A stretch of 64,000 nucleotides of DNA, taken from assembly GCA_021299855.1 (NCBI GenBank), contig JAJTEY010000003.1, forward strand, positions 759 to 64,758. The letters are read 5' to 3'. The notes beneath the pieces were generated by a model. It saw nothing but the letters and a program-made list of their open reading frames with translations, was not told the origin of the DNA and ran no database searches. Made by a program: the position numbers and the translations under genes. Every line of letters begins with the position of its first letter. Position 1 is the stretch's first letter. This document shows, piece by piece, positions 19,930 through 29,046 of the stretch. The stretch comes from Bacteroidota bacterium (GTDB lineage Bacteria > Bacteroidota > Bacteroidia > Palsa-965).

Positions 19930-22782
19930 ATGAAAGCAAGTAAAGAGCTTCCTCCAATAGCGGAAAGCGAGAACGAATATTTAGAAGTGACTGGTGCGCG
20001 CATGCACAACTTAAAAAATGTGAGCACACGAATTCCGCGCAATCAACTTGTAGTGATTACAGGATTAAGCGGCAGTGGAAAATCTTCACTAGCATTTGAT
20101 ACGATTTACGCAGAAGGTCAACGTCGTTACATTGAAACCTTCTCCGCTTATGCACGTCAATTTCTAGGAGATTTGGAACGTCCTGATGTGGACAAGATTA
20201 CCGGTTTAAGTCCGGTGGTTTCCATCGAACAAAAAACAGTAAGCAAAAATCCACGCTCAACTGTAGGTACGATCACTGAAATATATGACTTCCTGCGCTT
20301 GTTGTTTGCTCGTGCATCCGATGCGTATTCGCACGTTACCGGTGAACGAATGGTGCGATACAGCGATGATCAGATTATTGATTTGATCTTGTCCGTTTAT
20401 GCGAATCAGAAAGCGGTCATCCTTGCTCCTGTTGTGAAAGGACGAAAAGGTCATTACCGCGAGTTGTTTGATCAGATTCGTAAACAAGGTTTTTTACGCG
20501 CGCGGGTAGATGGGGAAATTATAGAATTGACTGCACGTGTTCAGCTTGATCGTTATAAAGTACACGATATCGAAATTGTTATTGATCGAATTCAGGTAAC
20601 TAGTGAAGATCGTCAACGTGTTGTGGATGCAGTAAAAACTGCGTTAAAGCACGGCAAAGGAACAATGATGATTGCAGACGCCAACAACGAGGTGCGTCAT
20701 TTCAGTAGACATTTGATGTGCCCTACTTCAGGCATCGCATATGATGATCCTGCTCCGAATTTGTTTTCGTTTAATTCTCCATACGGCGCATGCCCAAAGT
20801 GCAATGGTCTTGGTAGCATTTTGGAAATCGATATCAATAAAATCATTCCCAATAAAAGCAGAAGTATTAAATCCGGTGCAATTATTCCGATTGGTGATTT
20901 TAAACCATCATGGATATTTCGCCAGCTGGAAGCATTAGGAGACAAATTCGGATTCAAACTCACCGATCCTGTAAGTTCACTAACGGAAGAAGCGCTCAAT
21001 GCCGTATTATTTGGCACGGAAGAAATGCTGAAAGTGAAGAATGACCAGTATAGCAGCGGCACTTCATATGCGATGGCGTTTGAAGGTATCGTAAACTTTC
21101 TTGCACGTCAGGAACAAGAAGGTACTGCAGGACTTCAGAAATGGGCGCAGGAATTTATGAATGAGGCAGTGTGCCCGAAATGCAACGGTACGCGTTTGAA
21201 AAAAGAAGCTACCTATTTCCGCATTGACGAAAAGAATATCGCCGAACTCTGTGCGATGAGTTTAAGCGAATTGAAAAATTGGTTGCAAGGTATTGAGCAA
21301 CGCATCAGCGAACGTCAACTTAAGATTGGTGCTGATGTATTAAAAGAAATTAATTCTCGCTTAGGATTCTTGCTTGATGTTGGTTTAGATTATCTCAGTA
21401 TTGATCGCAGTTCCCGTTCGCTATCCGGAGGTGAAGCTCAGCGTATTCGACTCGCGACACAAATCGGATCGCAACTTGTAGGTGTATTGTATATCCTCGA
21501 CGAGCCCAGCATCGGATTGCACCAACGCGATAACGTTCGTTTGATTGATTCGCTAAAAAACCTGCGTGATATCGGAAATTCTGTCGTCGTTGTTGAACAC
21601 GACAAAGAAATGATTCTAGCCGCCGATTATGTTTTAGATATAGGCCCCAAAGCCGGTGTGCACGGTGGTGAAATTGTCGCGGAAGGAACACCTCATGAAC
21701 TGTTGAAGTTCAACACGCTCACTGCAGACTATATAACAGGTAAAAAATCAATCCCGGTGCCTGCGGAACGACGCAAAGGAAATGGCAAATCAATTGTTCT
21801 GGATCAATGTACGGGACATAATTTGAAAAATGTGACGGCCGAGTTTCCGTTAGGGAAATTAATTTGTGTTACGGGCGTAAGCGGAAGCGGAAAATCATCA
21901 TTAATCAATGAAACGCTATTTCCTATTCTGAACAAACATTTTTATCGCGCAGAAAAAAAACCATTACCGTACAAACGTATTCACGGGCTTGAATACATCG
22001 ACAAGATTATTGATATTGATCAATCACCAATCGGTAGAACACCGCGTTCTAATCCAGCTACGTACACCAATATGTTCAGTGATATACGCAGTTTATTTGC
22101 GGAATTACCCGAAGCAAAAATTCGAGGTTATAAACCCGGACGCTTTTCCTTCAACGTAAAAGGCGGACGATGCGAAACTTGTCAAGGCGCAGGATTAAAA
22201 ACCATTGAGATGAATTTCCTGCCCGATGTTTATGTACACTGTGAAGCTTGTAACGGCAAAAGATACAATCGTGAAACATTAGACATACGCTATAAAGGCA
22301 AATCGATTAGTGATGTTTTGAATATGACGATTGAGCAAGCTGTTGAATTTTTCGAAAACCAGCCTTCCATATTACAACGTGTAAAATCTTTGTATGAAGT
22401 AGGACTTGGATACATCACATTGGGGCAGCAAAGCACAACGCTTTCAGGAGGAGAAGCTCAGCGTGTGAAATTGGCAACAGAGTTGGCGCGTAAGCAAACA
22501 GGAAAAACATTATACATTTTGGATGAGCCAACAACAGGTTTACACTTCGAGGATATTCGCATATTATTGGAAGTGTTGCAGCGTTTAGTTGATCAGGGCA
22601 ATACCGTAATTGTGATTGAGCACAATATGGATATAATTAAAGTTGCTGATCATATCATTGATCTTGGACCTGAAGGAGGAAAAGGCGGAGGGCAAATTCT
22701 AGCGACCGGAACACCCGAACAAGTGGCTAAACATCCGACAAGTTTCACTTCGCATTTCCTTCGCGAAGAACTAAAGGCTTAA
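19930..22782 (+). CDS. uvrA: excinuclease ABC subunit A
   Basis: 950 aa. Two ABC ATPase modules (GLSGSGKSS, GVSGSGKSS; LSGGEAQR appears twice) plus zinc-finger Cys clusters. Confidence 0.97.
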   Translation: MKASKELPPIAESENEYLEVTGARMHNLKNVSTRIPRNQLVVITGLSGSGKSSLAFDTIYAEGQRRYIETFSAYARQFLGDLERPDVDKITGLSPVVSIEQKTVSKNPRSTVGTITEIYDFLRLLFARASDAYSHVTGERMVRYSDDQIIDLILSVYANQKAVILAPVVKGRKGHYRELFDQIRKQGFLRARVDGEIIELTARVQLDRYKVHDIEIVIDRIQVTSEDRQRVVDAVKTALKHGKGTMMIADANNEVRHFSRHLMCPTSGIAYDDPAPNLFSFNSPYGACPKCNGLGSILEIDINKIIPNKSRSIKSGAIIPIGDFKPSWIFRQLEALGDKFGFKLTDPVSSLTEEALNAVLFGTEEMLKVKNDQYSSGTSYAMAFEGIVNFLARQEQEGTAGLQKWAQEFMNEAVCPKCNGTRLKKEATYFRIDEKNIAELCAMSLSELKNWLQGIEQRISERQLKIGADVLKEINSRLGFLLDVGLDYLSIDRSSRSLSGGEAQRIRLATQIGSQLVGVLYILDEPSIGLHQRDNVRLIDSLKNLRDIGNSVVVVEHDKEMILAADYVLDIGPKAGVHGGEIVAEGTPHELLKFNTLTADYITGKKSIPVPAERRKGNGKSIVLDQCTGHNLKNVTAEFPLGKLICVTGVSGSGKSSLINETLFPILNKHFYRAEKKPLPYKRIHGLEYIDKIIDIDQSPIGRTPRSNPATYTNMFSDIRSLFAELPEAKIRGYKPGRFSFNVKGGRCETCQGAGLKTIEMNFLPDVYVHCEACNGKRYNRETLDIRYKGKSISDVLNMTIEQAVEFFENQPSILQRVKSLYEVGLGYITLGQQSTTLSGGEAQRVKLATELARKQTGKTLYILDEPTTGLHFEDIRILLEVLQRLVDQGNTVIVIEHNMDIIKVADHIIDLGPEGGKGGGQILATGTPEQVAKHPTSFTSHFLREELKA

Positions 22783-22822
22783 GTTTGGAACCTATATTGC
22801 AACAGTATATTAAAACTAGTAT

Positions 22823-23530
22823 ATGACTAACGAGGATAAGATTAGAAGAGCGTTTGAAAATAAAGATTGGAATGAAATTAAAGCCGGCGACTCGTGGCAG
22901 ATTTTCAAAATCATGTCCGAATTTGTGGAAGGGTTTGAGAAGATGGCGAAAATCGGACCATGTGTGTCGATATTCGGTTCTGCGCGTACTAAACCGGACA
23001 ATCCATACTACTTGCTGGCAGAAGAAATTGCTTTGAAGTTGACAAAGGAAGGTTACGGAATTATCTCCGGTGGTGGTCCCGGAATTATGGAAGCTGCCAA
23101 CAAAGGTGCCAAATCAGGTGGCGGAAAATCGGTAGGACTTAATATTCGTTTACCGTTCGAACAATCTGGTAATATTTATATCGACGCTGACAAGTCGCTC
23201 GTCTTCGATTATTTCTTTGTCCGCAAAACCATTTTTCTCAAATACTCGCAAGGATTTGTTGCAATGCCCGGAGGATTTGGAACATTGGATGAATTATTTG
23301 AAGCATTAACATTGGTTCAAACTTCAAAAATTGCGCACTTCCCGGTGGTGTTGGTCGGAAGTTCATATTGGGGAGGTTTGTTAGATTGGATCAAACAAAC
23401 ATTATTGGAGAAAGAAAAAAATATCAGCCCCGGTGATCTGGATTTGTTTCATGTTGTTGATACAGCTGACGAAGCAGTTCGTATCATTACCGATTTCTAC
23501 TCGAAATACAATTTGAAGCCGAACTTCTAA
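22823..23530 (+). CDS. LOG / TIGR00730 family protein (putative nucleotide 5'-monophosphate phosphoribohydrolase)
   Basis: Motifs GGGPGIMEAANKGA and PGGFGTLDELFE. Confidence 0.9.
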   Translation: MTNEDKIRRAFENKDWNEIKAGDSWQIFKIMSEFVEGFEKMAKIGPCVSIFGSARTKPDNPYYLLAEEIALKLTKEGYGIISGGGPGIMEAANKGAKSGGGKSVGLNIRLPFEQSGNIYIDADKSLVFDYFFVRKTIFLKYSQGFVAMPGGFGTLDELFEALTLVQTSKIAHFPVVLVGSSYWGGLLDWIKQTLLEKEKNISPGDLDLFHVVDTADEAVRIITDFYSKYNLKPNF

Positions 23531-23595
23531 GGAACTAACAACACCTTGTTAAGAAGTCCATTTGTAGCATACTACAACAAACAAAGCATCCTATA

Positions 23596-23634
23596 ACGCT
23601 GAAACGCTTTATCCATAAGCATTTCAGCGCTTTT
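23596..23634 (+). terminator. putative rho-independent terminator after the LOG gene
   Basis: CGCTGAAA (23596-23603) pairs with TTTCAGCG (23621-28). An inner GCTT/AAGC extension is present, and the stem is followed by CTTTT. Confidence 0.5.
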
Positions 23635-23706
23635 AATTACAGCCTGTCAACATTACCCTGTTTACAACTGCAGGTACATACAACCCTTAAAGCTTAAGCC
23701 TTCTGA

Positions 23707-23714
23707 TAGTTTTG
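23707..23714 (+). promoter_or_regulatory. putative -7 promoter box (TAGTTTTG) for the beta-barrel/SPOR locus
   Basis: Exact TAnnTTTG match 24 nt upstream of the ATG at 23739. Confidence 0.4.
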
Positions 23715-23738
23715 TTCAAGGAGTATACCCTGAACCCA

Positions 23739-24770
23739 ATGATCAAAACGCGCTATCAGACTTTTATTACCTCAATTACCAGTGTGGGGAATATAGGCTC
23801 TTCCGACTTGTGCGCACAGGACAAAATTCATGCCCCCTTTTTTAGTGCAGGCATTTCAACTTTTAGCGGATTAACGGATGTAAATTCTCACCTGTTCGGA
23901 GGTAGTAATTTCAGAATTGGTTACCACGTCAAATTCGAACTTCGTATCAACGATTGGTTTGGTGCAGGATTAACAGGTTCGTTCGGTAAACTTTACGGAC
24001 AAGATTGCACAATTGGCTTGAATAGAAACTTTCAGACCAATTTGCTCAACGGCTCACTGTATGGTGCTATTTATTTTGCCAATGATCAATGGATGAGCAG
24101 AAAGGCGCCACTTCAGCCGTATCTCTCAATTGGGTTCTCTTATTTTCAATTCGATCCATATTCTGATCTGCCTGATAAAAATAACTCAATTTATCACTAT
24201 TGGTCGGACGAAACCATTCGCGATAAGGACGAAGCATCGGGGTATTTTCTGACACCTCAGCTTACGCGTGATTATGTGAATGAAACACGCCTCACCGACT
24301 CTGCCGATAATTACGCACGTTACTCGTTTGCTGTACCATTAATTATTGGTGGACGATTTGCAATAACCGGAAGTTTCGGTGCTGAAGTATATTTTACATG
24401 CAACATAGCGTTTACCGATCGCATCGATCATTACACCAGCGGTGGCAATGACAGCTGGATGAATTTCGGATTTGGCTTGTATTATACAGCGGATAAGCAG
24501 AAGGAAAAACAACGCGCTAAAGAAGAAGAACTGTGGAGAGAATTAGAAGAACAAGCCAAACGTGAAGAACAAGAGAAGGATAAGGCTACTAAAACAGATT
24601 CCACTGCTACGAATTGTATGACAGCTGAATTTGTAAGTGTCGACTACAAAAAGGATTGCAAAATTACAGCAGTTGAAATTAATCGTGGAATCGATTCTTT
24701 CTTCGATGGCGAAACCGATTGGACCGTTGACAAAATCAATCGTCTGATAGATTACTTCTTTGAACAATAA
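23739..24770 (+). CDS. putative outer-membrane beta-barrel protein with a charged coiled-coil and a small C-terminal domain (unknown function)
   Basis: The N-terminal ~250 aa alternate amphipathic strands and are paralogous to the N-terminus of the 26157 protein (shared YHYWSD..IR, RDYV.E, FTD.ID motifs). These are followed by an EEELWRELEEQAKREEQEKDK stretch. The signal peptide is weak. Confidence 0.5.
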   Translation: MIKTRYQTFITSITSVGNIGSSDLCAQDKIHAPFFSAGISTFSGLTDVNSHLFGGSNFRIGYHVKFELRINDWFGAGLTGSFGKLYGQDCTIGLNRNFQTNLLNGSLYGAIYFANDQWMSRKAPLQPYLSIGFSYFQFDPYSDLPDKNNSIYHYWSDETIRDKDEASGYFLTPQLTRDYVNETRLTDSADNYARYSFAVPLIIGGRFAITGSFGAEVYFTCNIAFTDRIDHYTSGGNDSWMNFGFGLYYTADKQKEKQRAKEEELWRELEEQAKREEQEKDKATKTDSTATNCMTAEFVSVDYKKDCKITAVEINRGIDSFFDGETDWTVDKINRLIDYFFEQ

Positions 24771-24788
24771 ACCGGAATAGTAAAGTAT

Positions 24789-26122
24789 ATGATTCGACCA
24801 CTGATTCTAATTGCACAAGTATTGTTTGGCTTTCTGGCTGCCTGGTTTTCAAACACGCCAACGGCTGAAGTTAAAGCGCCATCAAGTGTTGAGCCGGGTA
24901 CTTCTTTCACGATTGAAGTGAAAATTCATCCTAATGGTGTTGAAGATTTTATGCGGTATGCGATGACCTTACCGGAAGGTTGGTCTGCTGAAGAAATTAA
25001 AAACGATGGTGCTACTTTCTTGTTTCAGCAACAAAGTGCTCGTTTCGTTTGGTCACGCGTGGAGGGTCGCAAGGAACTCAATATTTCATTTAAGGTAAAT
25101 GTTCCGGCAAATGCTTACGGCGAAGTAGAACTAACCCACAAAATTTCTCACGCGGTAGATAATTTACCAAGTCATGTGCCATTAACTCCATTAAAAATTA
25201 AAGTGGGTTCAGGTACAGCATCAAACAATACGCCTGTCGCATCGGTAACTACAACACCTCCTACAGACACACTGGAACCGGAGCCTGCACAAGTAACAGC
25301 TTACCGTTCCATTTCAGAAATTCAAAAAGGTGAGTATTTGGTAGATATTACACTAACTAAAGGCGAAATCAAAAACTTCGCAAAAATTCAGGATTCCCTC
25401 CCTGGCGGCATTACAGCTCGCGCAGAGAAGAAAACCGGAAGCGATTTTGAATTTAAAAACGGGGTAGTAAAATTTACCTGGTTCCAAATTCCTTCTGCTA
25501 ACATGATTAATGTTCAATATGTAATTGTTGTTGATCCGGATGTAGATGGCGTACAAACTATTAATGGTTTCTTCTCGTACGTTGAGCACGACAAAGGACG
25601 CTTGTTGAATATCGAGCCAACTAAATTTACTGTTGTAACGAATCCTGCATTAACGCAAAACACTACACCTGACAATACTTCACCTAATAACATTACTACC
25701 ACAGGTAATCACCTACACCAACAATTCAAAATAATCCTATAACAACTACTACTCCAACGACAACCGCTAATTCAGATAATTCAAATTCGAATTATTCCGG
25801 TAACGGTTCATTAAGCGCCGGTAACAAAACATCATCAGCCGGTTTAGTTTATCGCGTACAGATAGCTGCAATGTCTCGTCATGTACCTGTTTCATATTAT
25901 CAAAGCACCTACAGCCTAAGCGAAACGATCAACTTGGAACAAATTGATGGTTTGCATAAGTACACCGTTGGTAATTTCAATGAATATCGAAGTGCACGTG
26001 ATCATCGCGAGGCCGTTAAAAACAAAGGTGTTCAGGGACCATTTGTTGCTGCATACAGCAATGGAAAGCGTATTACGGTGCAGGAAGCCCTTATGATCAG
26101 CAGCCAAAAATGGGTTCGCTAG
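24789..26122 (+). pseudogene. secreted protein with two beta-sandwich modules, a T/P/N-rich linker and a C-terminal SPOR-like domain; reading frame broken near 25706-25712
   Basis: Frame A (24789-25742) ends ...NITTTGNHLHQQFKIIL-stop. The T/P/N linker continues without a stop in the -1 frame from 25709 (SPTPTIQNNPITTTTPTTTANSDNS...GLVYRVQIAAMSRHV...) to 26122. The ATG at 25871 would cut off the first strand of the SPOR-like fold. The 1334-nt span is not divisible by 3. Confidence 0.6.
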
Positions 26123-26142
26123 TCATTAATGACGAATTGTAT

Positions 26143-26150
26143 TAAATTTG
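26143..26150 (+). promoter_or_regulatory. putative -7 promoter box (TAAATTTG) 6 nt upstream of the ATG at 26157
   Basis: Exact TAnnTTTG match. Confidence 0.35.
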
Positions 26151-26156
26151 TTAGGT

Positions 26157-28532
26157 ATGAGAAGAAGTATTTTAACGTGTTGTATAGCGTTGACTGGAGC
26201 GCTGCTTTCGGCTCAAACCGATACAGCGGATGTCGTTCCTACTTTATCATACCCGACAGACACAACTCCAAAACCTGCACCTAAACCATTTGTATTTAAA
26301 CCAACACTAGGTTTAGGCGTTGGCACATTCTCGTTTTTCGGTGATGTATATTCCAAGAATCTAGCCAATTTTCAGGTTGCAAATATTGGTTACGAATTAT
26401 CCATTTCACAGAAAATAGCACCCGGCTTACGTTTTGGCTTTTATACATTATTCGGTAATATGGAAGCTAACGAACGATTACTGACTCGTAATGTAAATTT
26501 CAGAAGTCAGATTCGTGCTGGGGGTGGTCATTTAGAATACAACTTCGAACAATTGCTTAAACCAAACCGAAATATATCTCCTTGGATTTCTGTTGGGTTC
26601 GAGTCATTTGAATTTTTGAGTAAAGCGGATCTATACGATCGTAACGGATTGATGTACCACTATTGGTCAGATGGATCCATTCGCAGCATGCCCGAGAATC
26701 ATCCGTTCGCATGGCAAGCTTCATTTTTACAACGTGACTACGTGTACGAATCGGATATACGTGAATTAAATCTTGATGGGTTTGGCAAATATGCTGAACG
26801 TTCTTGGGCTGTTCCTGTAGGTGTTGGATTCAATATGCACATCAGCGAAAAGTGGGATGCCCGAATTGGTGCTACCATACACTTCACATTCACCGATCAT
26901 GTTGATGGCATTACGGAAAATAGTGTTGGTACACGTGCCGGAAATTCGAAGAACGATCATTTCGTGATGTCGGCATTTTCTATTCGTTACAATCTTACAG
27001 GCCCTAATTCCACCACGGATGAAAACGGTAACGATCCGTACGAGAATGTGGATTATCTGGCAATGGATAAAGATGATTATGATGGCGATGGAGTAATAGA
27101 TTTTAATGATTCCTGCGGTGAAACTCCGAAAGGTGTACCCGTTGATGCTAAAGGATGTCCTCTGGATGCTGATGGCGATTTAACTGCCGATTATCGTGAC
27201 GATGAAGCTGGCACTCCGACGACATTAATTGCAGACGAATTTGGTGTTGGATTATCAGACTCGATGATCTTATACAAGTGGGAACGTTACATGGATTCCA
27301 CAGGTAAGTTCGCTCCAACTGTAGTTATTAATTCTAATGAAGGTAAGACAGGAACAGCACCCGGAGACAAAAAAACGTACATGGTACTTTTGGGTAAATA
27401 CAATTCCGGTATTTCCAATGCACAGATGATGAAGTTCCTGAGCGTACCGGATATTGCCACCTTCCCGGAAAGCGATTCATCAACCGTTTATACAGCAGGT
27501 AAATTCGGTGATATGCGTGATGCTGAGAAACGCAGAAAACAACTGGAAGCTGAAGGATTTAACAAACCTGTGATAGTTTATAGAAGTGCTGACGGAAAGT
27601 TTGTAGAAGTTAATGATGTCTTCGTAAACAATAGCGGAGGATCTTCAAATAACGGAAATAACAATAGTGGAAATAACGGTGGAAATAACTCTACCGCCGG
27701 AAATAATTCGGAGAATAACTCAGGTAACACTGCATCTGGCAACAACTCCGGTAACAATTCTAATTCCGGTAATAACACCGCCGGAAATAATTCGGGTAAC
27801 AATAACTCAGGTAACACTACATCGGGCAACAACTCCGGTAACAACTCTAGTTCCGGTAATAACACCGCCGGAAATAATTCGGGTAACAATAACTCAGGTA
27901 ACACTAATAGCGGTGGTAATACTAACGCTACACCATCAGGTCCGACTGGAGAAGGCGTTGTCTTGCGAGTGCAACTGGGCGCTTACAGTCGTCCATTACC
28001 GAAGAGCGTATTTAAAGATGTACCTGATTTGATTGAGGTAAGAACAGAAGACGGATTGTACAAATACATGACAGGATCATTCACGAACTTCCAGAATGCC
28101 ATCAATCACAAAATAGCAATGGAGCAACGTGGATATAAAGGCGCGTTTGTTACCGCATATAGGAACGGAAAGCGAATTCCTTTGTCAGAGGCAGGTGCTG
28201 TGTATGTTAAAGCAGAATCGGAAGATTTAAACGAGAATAAGGTTGGTGGAACAGATGTCAAAAATTTAGTAGAATATCGGGTGCAACTGGGAGTTTATAA
28301 AAATGAGCCAAGTGAGTCCGATAAGCAAAAGTTAAACGGAGTTCAAGGTATTCAGCGTGGTACAACTCCACAAGGCTTAATTCGTTATACGGTTGGAAGC
28401 AGTTCTGATTTTGCGCAAGTAAATGCATTGAAAGAACAGTTACGTGCTGCAGGATTCCCGGATGCCTTTATAATTGCTTTCTTCAAAGGAGAATCTATTT
28501 CGGTTCCTGAAGCGAGAGAGCTACAGAAATAA
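26157..28532 (+). CDS. outer-membrane beta-barrel protein with thrombospondin-type-3-like Ca-binding repeats, three SPOR-like domains and an NSGN low-complexity repeat
   Basis: Signal peptide ...GALLSAQ, then a beta-barrel region paralogous to the 23739 protein. TSP3-like stretch DKDDYDGDGVIDFNDSCGETPKGVPVDAKGCPLDADGD. SPOR-like units YMVLLGKY..., LRVQLGAYSRPL...YKYMTGSFTNFQNA...GYKGAFV and YRVQLGVYKNEP...GFPDAFIIAF. Start moved from TTG 26148 to ATG 26157. Confidence 0.6.
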   Translation: MRRSILTCCIALTGALLSAQTDTADVVPTLSYPTDTTPKPAPKPFVFKPTLGLGVGTFSFFGDVYSKNLANFQVANIGYELSISQKIAPGLRFGFYTLFGNMEANERLLTRNVNFRSQIRAGGGHLEYNFEQLLKPNRNISPWISVGFESFEFLSKADLYDRNGLMYHYWSDGSIRSMPENHPFAWQASFLQRDYVYESDIRELNLDGFGKYAERSWAVPVGVGFNMHISEKWDARIGATIHFTFTDHVDGITENSVGTRAGNSKNDHFVMSAFSIRYNLTGPNSTTDENGNDPYENVDYLAMDKDDYDGDGVIDFNDSCGETPKGVPVDAKGCPLDADGDLTADYRDDEAGTPTTLIADEFGVGLSDSMILYKWERYMDSTGKFAPTVVINSNEGKTGTAPGDKKTYMVLLGKYNSGISNAQMMKFLSVPDIATFPESDSSTVYTAGKFGDMRDAEKRRKQLEAEGFNKPVIVYRSADGKFVEVNDVFVNNSGGSSNNGNNNSGNNGGNNSTAGNNSENNSGNTASGNNSGNNSNSGNNTAGNNSGNNNSGNTTSGNNSGNNSSSGNNTAGNNSGNNNSGNTNSGGNTNATPSGPTGEGVVLRVQLGAYSRPLPKSVFKDVPDLIEVRTEDGLYKYMTGSFTNFQNAINHKIAMEQRGYKGAFVTAYRNGKRIPLSEAGAVYVKAESEDLNENKVGGTDVKNLVEYRVQLGVYKNEPSESDKQKLNGVQGIQRGTTPQGLIRYTVGSSSDFAQVNALKEQLRAAGFPDAFIIAFFKGESISVPEARELQK
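27694..27905 (+). repeat. in-frame tandem DNA repeat: 84-nt and 87-nt units plus a 41-nt partial third copy
   Basis: CCGCCGGAAATAATTCGG... recurs at 27694, 27778 and 27865 with few substitutions. It encodes TAGNNSGNNNSGNT(A/T)SGNNSGNNS(N/S)SGNN. Confidence 0.9.
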
Positions 28533-28573
28533 TCTGGCATTGAATTTGTCTTACCTGTATTAAACTCAGTACT

Positions 28574-28960
28574 ATGAAGACAGTTTACACCATATTAATT
28601 CTGGCAGCAGGACTTTTTGTATCCGCTGATGTATTGGCACAAGATCCTCCTAAGAAAAAAAGTAAGAAGAAAAAAGAGCAATCTGAAACGCCTATAGCTA
28701 TTGATGAACCTGGACAACCGGGGACAACCGATAAGGACAAGGTCAAACCAAAACAAGAGGCTCCTAAAGAGAAAAAGAATGAGATTCCTGCTCCAACGCA
28801 GAAAACCCAAGAAGCTCCTGCTCCACCCGCTCCACCCATCGCTATTGATGAGCCCGGGCAACCAAGCGAAAAAGGGAAATCAGCAGAAGTAAAACCAAAT
28901 ACCAAATCTGACTCATTACCTAGACCACCGCAAGGTATAGAACGTCCTAAAGACGAATAA
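28574..28960 (+). CDS. small secreted K/P/E-rich protein with a duplicated PIAIDEPGQP motif (unknown function)
   Basis: Signal peptide MKTVYTILILAAGLFVSADVLAQ. The PIAIDEPGQP motif is encoded twice (28691-28723 and 28835-28864). This is the last gene before a strong terminator. Confidence 0.5.
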   Translation: MKTVYTILILAAGLFVSADVLAQDPPKKKSKKKKEQSETPIAIDEPGQPGTTDKDKVKPKQEAPKEKKNEIPAPTQKTQEAPAPPAPPIAIDEPGQPSEKGKSAEVKPNTKSDSLPRPPQGIERPKDE

Positions 28961-28987
28961 AAAAAGCCTCCTTAGGGAGGCTTTTTA
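28961..28987. terminator. rho-independent terminator (bidirectional, between convergent genes)
   Basis: AAAAAGCCTCC-TTAG-GGAGGCTTTTT, a perfect stem with flanking A and T tracts. Confidence 0.75.
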
Positions 28988-29046
28988 ATCAATAATATTT
29001 GAAGTTCAAATAGTACGGATCATCAAAGCAGACTGCATCTTCCGAA

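Noticed and set aside
27578-27904. 108-aa minus-strand ORF with a striking PELLLPELFPAVLLPELELLPELLPD repeat.
   Set aside because: It is the reverse-complement reading of the NSGN tandem repeat inside the 26157 gene. The repeat periodicity comes from the sense-strand repeat, and the plus-strand frame is continuous with flanking conserved domains.
27640-27935. Regularly spaced direct repeats, checked as a possible CRISPR array.
   Set aside because: The units are contiguous with no unique spacers. They are in frame within a long ORF and encode low-complexity peptide. No cas genes are nearby.
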